This document shows positions 42,919 to 49,211 of a stretch of 49,211 nucleotides of DNA, piece after piece. The position numbers and the translations under genes were made by a program. The stretch is from Elusimicrobiota bacterium. GTDB taxonomy: Bacteria; CAYTYR01; UBA6262. The notes beneath the pieces are model-generated. The model made no database searches. It was not told the origin of the DNA and saw only the letters and a list, made by a program, of their open reading frames with translations. Each line of letters begins with the position of its first letter. The first letter of the stretch is position 1. The stretch is taken from positions 1 through 49,211 of the forward strand of contig JACRDM010000071.1 in NCBI GenBank assembly GCA_016218565.1, read 5' to 3'.

Positions 42919-45423
42919 GTGAAAGCGCTCATAATGGCGGGAGGATTAGGAACGAGACTGCGCCCGTTGACTATCAATTATCCTAAACCGATGGTGCCGG
43001 TGGTCAATAAGCCAATGATGGCTCACCTCATCGAATTGCTGAAGAAACATAGCATTAATGAAATGATTTCCATTCTCTATTATCAGCCGGAAATGATCAA
43101 GAATTATTTTGCCGACGGCAGTGATTTTGATGCGCAGATGGAGTATGTCGATGCCGTAGAAGATTTCGGCACTGCGGGCAGCATAAAAAACGCCGAACCA
43201 GGTATCAATGAAACTTTCCTGGTCATCAGCGGTGATGTACTCACTGATTTTGATTTGACTGCGGCCCTGAATTTCCATCAAGCCAAAAAGGCTCTGGCTA
43301 CCATGATCCTGACCAGGGTTGCTAATCCGCTTGCTTACGGTGTGGTGATCACTGATAAAGAAGGCGCGATTGAGAGATTTCTCGAAAAGCCGGTGTGGGG
43401 AGAGGTGTTCAGCGATACTGTTAATACCGGTATCTATATCCTGGGCCCGCAAATCTTTGAATTTATTCCAGAAAAAAAAGAGTTTGATTTTAGCCGCAAT
43501 TTATTTCCGCATTTACTGGAGAGTAAGCAAGCCCTCTATGGCTATATAGCCGATGGTTATTGGAAAGATATCGGTGACTTGGCTGAATATCGCCTGGCCC
43601 ATCAGGATATATTGACTGGTAAGGTGCAGGTGAAGATTCCAGGTAATAAGCTCAATACGATAGGTCGGGATATCTGGGTAGGCGAGGATAGTGAAATAGA
43701 TAAGCAGGCTGACCTGAAAGGGGGCGTGATCATCGGCCAGAATTGCGTGATCAAGCGTGGAGCAGAGATAATCAATTCAGTGATTGGCGATAATGTTCAG
43801 ATTGAAGAAGGGGCTAAAATAATAAATTCAGTTATCTGGGAAAACACTCATATCGGGGCGAAAGCCGAGTTGAAAGAGAATATCATCGGCCAAGGAGTAG
43901 ACATTCGCCGGCAGGCTTTTATCCAGGATGGCGTGGTAATCGCTGATGAATGTGTGATCGGCGAAGAGGCGCGCATCAAAGATAATATTAAGTTGTGGCC
44001 GCATAAAGTGGTGGAGGACGGAGCTACGTTATCAACGAGCCTGGTGTGGGGAGAGAAATGGTCTAGGACTCTTTTTGGGGCCTACGGAATTTCCGGCCTG
44101 GCTAATATAGAGATGACTCCTGAATTCGTCGCCAAAGTAGGCGCGGCCTATGGCGCGTTTCTGGGTAAAGGCGCCACGGTAATGACTAGCCGTGATTCGC
44201 ACAAAGCCAGCCGGATGATCAACCGGGCCTTTATCTGCGGCCTGCTGTCCAGCGGTGTAAATGTGAAAGATTTAAGGAATATTCCGACTCCCTTATTACG
44301 TTATAATCTGGGCAAGGAAGGGGAAAAAGGCGGTATCCATGCCCGTAAGTCTCCTTATGACCCGCAGGTTATCGATATAAAGTTTTTTGATATTGGCGGT
44401 CTAGACTTGTCGTTCTATAAGGAAAAGTCCATTGAGCAATTATTCTTCCGTGAAGATTTCCGTCGGGCTAAAGTGGAAGATACCGGCGAATTGACCTTCC
44501 CTGGACGTATTATTGAAGATTATAAAGAGGGTTTCTTAAATTCCATAGACCATAAAGCTATCAGCCAGACCCGCTTGCGGGTAGTGATCGATTATGCTTT
44601 TGGCGATGGAGCTACCTTGTTCCCATCTATTCTTGGCGACTTGGGATGTGAAGTCATTTCTTTGAACGCCAATATTGATCCGGTCAAATTCACCAAAAGC
44701 GAAGACGAATTCCATCAAGCCTGGAAAAAATTAGCGGATATTACTGTAGCCCTGAAAGCTGATGTCGGGTTCATGCTGGATACCGGCGGAGAAAAACTGT
44801 TTTTGGTAGATGAAAAAGGGCAGGTAGTTACTGATGATAAAGCCTTGGCTCTGGTGGCGACGCTGATCATGCGGGAAAAGAAAGGGGCCAAGATCGGTAT
44901 TCCGGTAACTGCCAGCAAGGTAATTGAGGAGATGGCTAAAAAGTATCAGGCCGAGGTCATTCGTACTAAAACCTCGCCGCGTTCCATCATGGAACAGGCT
45001 TTAAGAAAAGAGCAGGACTTGCTGGGAGATAATTTAGGCGGCTTTATTTTTCCGCATTTCATGGGAGCGTTTGACGCCATGTTTTCCCTGGCGAAAATAC
45101 TGGAGTTAATGGCCAGGCAAAACGCGCGTCTGCATCAGTTGAACGAAGAATTGCCCAAAATACATATCCGGAAAGAGCGTGTCCCCTGCACCTGGGCCGC
45201 CAAAGGGACGGTCATGCGTAATGTTGTCCAGCGGGCCAAAGATGACGGGGAAAAATACGAGTTGTTCGACGGTATTAAAATTATCAACAAAGACTACTGG
45301 GTCTTGCTGATCCCGGACCCGGATAAGCCTTTCTTTAATATTTATGCAGAGTCTGAATCCAGCGGTAAAATACTGGAAGTTATCAATAAATATAAAAACA
45401 GAGTGCTAGAGTGCCAAGGGTAA
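42919..45423 (+). CDS. Sugar-1-phosphate nucleotidyltransferase (NTP-transferase + left-handed beta-helix) fused to a phosphohexomutase-like domain with degenerate catalytic motifs
   Basis: Start set at GTG 42919 (VKALIMAGGLGTRLRPLT). Hexapeptide-repeat region. The C-terminal PGM/PMM-like part has GGIHARKSPYDP where the canonical sequence is GGIxxTASHNP, and DTGGEK where it is DGDADR. Confidence 0.8.
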   Translation: MKALIMAGGLGTRLRPLTINYPKPMVPVVNKPMMAHLIELLKKHSINEMISILYYQPEMIKNYFADGSDFDAQMEYVDAVEDFGTAGSIKNAEPGINETFLVISGDVLTDFDLTAALNFHQAKKALATMILTRVANPLAYGVVITDKEGAIERFLEKPVWGEVFSDTVNTGIYILGPQIFEFIPEKKEFDFSRNLFPHLLESKQALYGYIADGYWKDIGDLAEYRLAHQDILTGKVQVKIPGNKLNTIGRDIWVGEDSEIDKQADLKGGVIIGQNCVIKRGAEIINSVIGDNVQIEEGAKIINSVIWENTHIGAKAELKENIIGQGVDIRRQAFIQDGVVIADECVIGEEARIKDNIKLWPHKVVEDGATLSTSLVWGEKWSRTLFGAYGISGLANIEMTPEFVAKVGAAYGAFLGKGATVMTSRDSHKASRMINRAFICGLLSSGVNVKDLRNIPTPLLRYNLGKEGEKGGIHARKSPYDPQVIDIKFFDIGGLDLSFYKEKSIEQLFFREDFRRAKVEDTGELTFPGRIIEDYKEGFLNSIDHKAISQTRLRVVIDYAFGDGATLFPSILGDLGCEVISLNANIDPVKFTKSEDEFHQAWKKLADITVALKADVGFMLDTGGEKLFLVDEKGQVVTDDKALALVATLIMREKKGAKIGIPVTASKVIEEMAKKYQAEVIRTKTSPRSIMEQALRKEQDLLGDNLGGFIFPHFMGAFDAMFSLAKILELMARQNARLHQLNEELPKIHIRKERVPCTWAAKGTVMRNVVQRAKDDGEKYELFDGIKIINKDYWVLLIPDPDKPFFNIYAESESSGKILEVINKYKNRVLECQG

Positions 45424-45482
45424 AGACAGTGGTAAAGTGGTAGAGGGGTAGAATAATAAAGTGAAAAGGGAAAAGAATAAAA

Positions 45483-48507
<3,025 letters not shown>

Positions 48508-48578
48508 TCTGGTTTTTAATCCCTGCCCCGATGTTCCTCGGGGTGAATGCAATCTTTTCAGCGGACCCTAAATAAAGG

Positions 48579-48607
48579 TTGACAGAAAAGACTTTTTGGG
48601 ATAGTAT
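48579..48607 (+). promoter_or_regulatory. Sigma-70 type promoter candidate for the tRNA genes
   Basis: TTGACA (48579-48584), 17 nt, TAGTAT (48602-48607). Confidence 0.5.
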
Positions 48608-48737
48608 TATCTTCCCCAGTGGTTCGACCATGCTCGCCATTCTTCAATGAACTCGTTCGACAGGCTCACGACTCTTTCGACGAACAACCCGGAGCTTGTT
48701 GAAGGGCATCATGAGCTCGGTCGAAGGACTAATACTG

Positions 48738-48820
48738 GGGCGAGTGGCGGAATGGCATACGCGGCAGACTTAAAATCTGCTGGCCTTATGGTCTTGAGGG
48801 TTCAACTCCCTCCTCGCCCA
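48738..48820 (+). tRNA. tRNA-Leu, anticodon UAA; CCA not encoded
   Basis: Acceptor GGGCGAG/CTCGCCC. D arm GCG-GAATGGCATA-CGC. Anticodon arm GCAGA-CTTAAAA-TCTGC. Long variable arm GGCC-TTAT-GGTC. T arm GAGGG-TTCAACT-CCCTC. Discriminator A. Confidence 0.85.
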
Positions 48821-48897
48821 AAGAAATAGCTCGTAGCTCGTAGGAAAAATAATAAAAGAGCTACTAACTATGAACTACAAAACGAAGTTTTGTTGAT

Positions 48898-48974
<77 letters not shown>

Positions 48975-49066
48975 ATTCAGAGGCAACTACTTTTAGCAGC
49001 TAGATTAGGCAATTAGTTAGGCAATTAGATATTGACAAACTTCACCATAAGTGACAATATAACAAC

Positions 49067-49211
49067 ATGCCAAGACAAGGACGAATCAACATAGAAGGCG
49101 GGATATATCATGTAATACAGCGCGGGATAGAACGTCGGGAGATATTTAAAGATGACGCTGACCGTGAAGAATTTCTTCGCCGGTTAGGTGAGGGTATTCA
49201 AGAAACGGGGC
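49067..49211 (+). mobile_element. 5' part of an IS200-like / REP-associated tyrosine transposase (RAYT, Y1 family) gene, truncated by the window end
   Basis: MPRQGRINIEGGIYHVIQRGIERREIFKDDADREEFLRRLGEGIQETG matches the N-terminal pattern PRxxRxxxxGxxYHVxxRGxxRxxIFxDDxDxxxFL that I recall for COG1943-type transposases. The frame is open to the window edge. Confidence 0.65.

Noticed and set aside
48526-48543. Hairpin ccccga-tgttcc-tcgggg after ftsB as an intrinsic terminator
   Set aside because: The stem is only 6 bp, and the nearest T-run (cttttc) lies about 10 nt away. That is too weak to call.
48647-48829. 60-aa + strand ORF (MNSFDRLTT...)
   Set aside because: Its 3' half is the tRNA-Leu gene and its 5' half is the palindromic leader. 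No SD is present. It is a translation artefact.

Overview
49.2 kb of bacterial chromosome. Every gene I can support (about 46 CDS and 2 tRNAs) lies on the + strand. Gene order from left to right:

- A c-di-GMP / two-component module: a GAF plus degenerate-GGDEF protein, a hybrid sensor kinase, a decayed receiver and a stand-alone receiver.
- A type IV pilus locus: pilB, pilC, pilA, three minor-pilin-like genes (one is PilX-like with a discoidin-type domain), fused pilM-pilN, pilO, a pilP-like gene and pilQ.
- A 678-bp spacer filled with repeats.
- A chemotaxis cluster: cheW, cheR, cheY, cheB, a cheA without a P2 domain, a 712-aa actin-like ATPase with a repetitive C-terminal half, two cheC-like genes, cheD and a receiver. 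No MCP or flagellar gene is in view.
- Housekeeping genes: a UvrD/PcrA helicase, cstA, and gatC/gatA/gatB. The gat operon is split by a 450-bp spacer and by a 2-gene nucleotidyltransferase cassette. Next come a coiled-coil protein, a decayed restriction-endonuclease-like region, a DUF1805-like gene, a ferritin-like gene, a RumA/RlmD-type methyltransferase and pgi.
- A 1021-aa secreted lamin-tail-domain (LTD) protein with a 312-aa tandem duplication, and a PilZ protein.
- A sugar-1-P nucleotidyltransferase fused to a degenerate phosphohexomutase, a canonical phosphohexomutase, eno and ftsB.
- tRNA-Leu(UAA), initiator tRNA-Met, and the 5' end of a RAYT/IS200-like (Y1) transposase.

The most unusual property is non-coding. 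At least three families of palindromic intergenic repeats fill most operon-internal spacers. One family (GGCACAAAG arms) ends in a conserved Shine-Dalgarno plus GTG that serves as the start of the downstream gene. A 30-nt AGATTA-rich block is shared by the upstream regions of pilA and the LTD-protein gene.

All family assignments come from motif recognition by eye. No database search, folding or statistics could be run.
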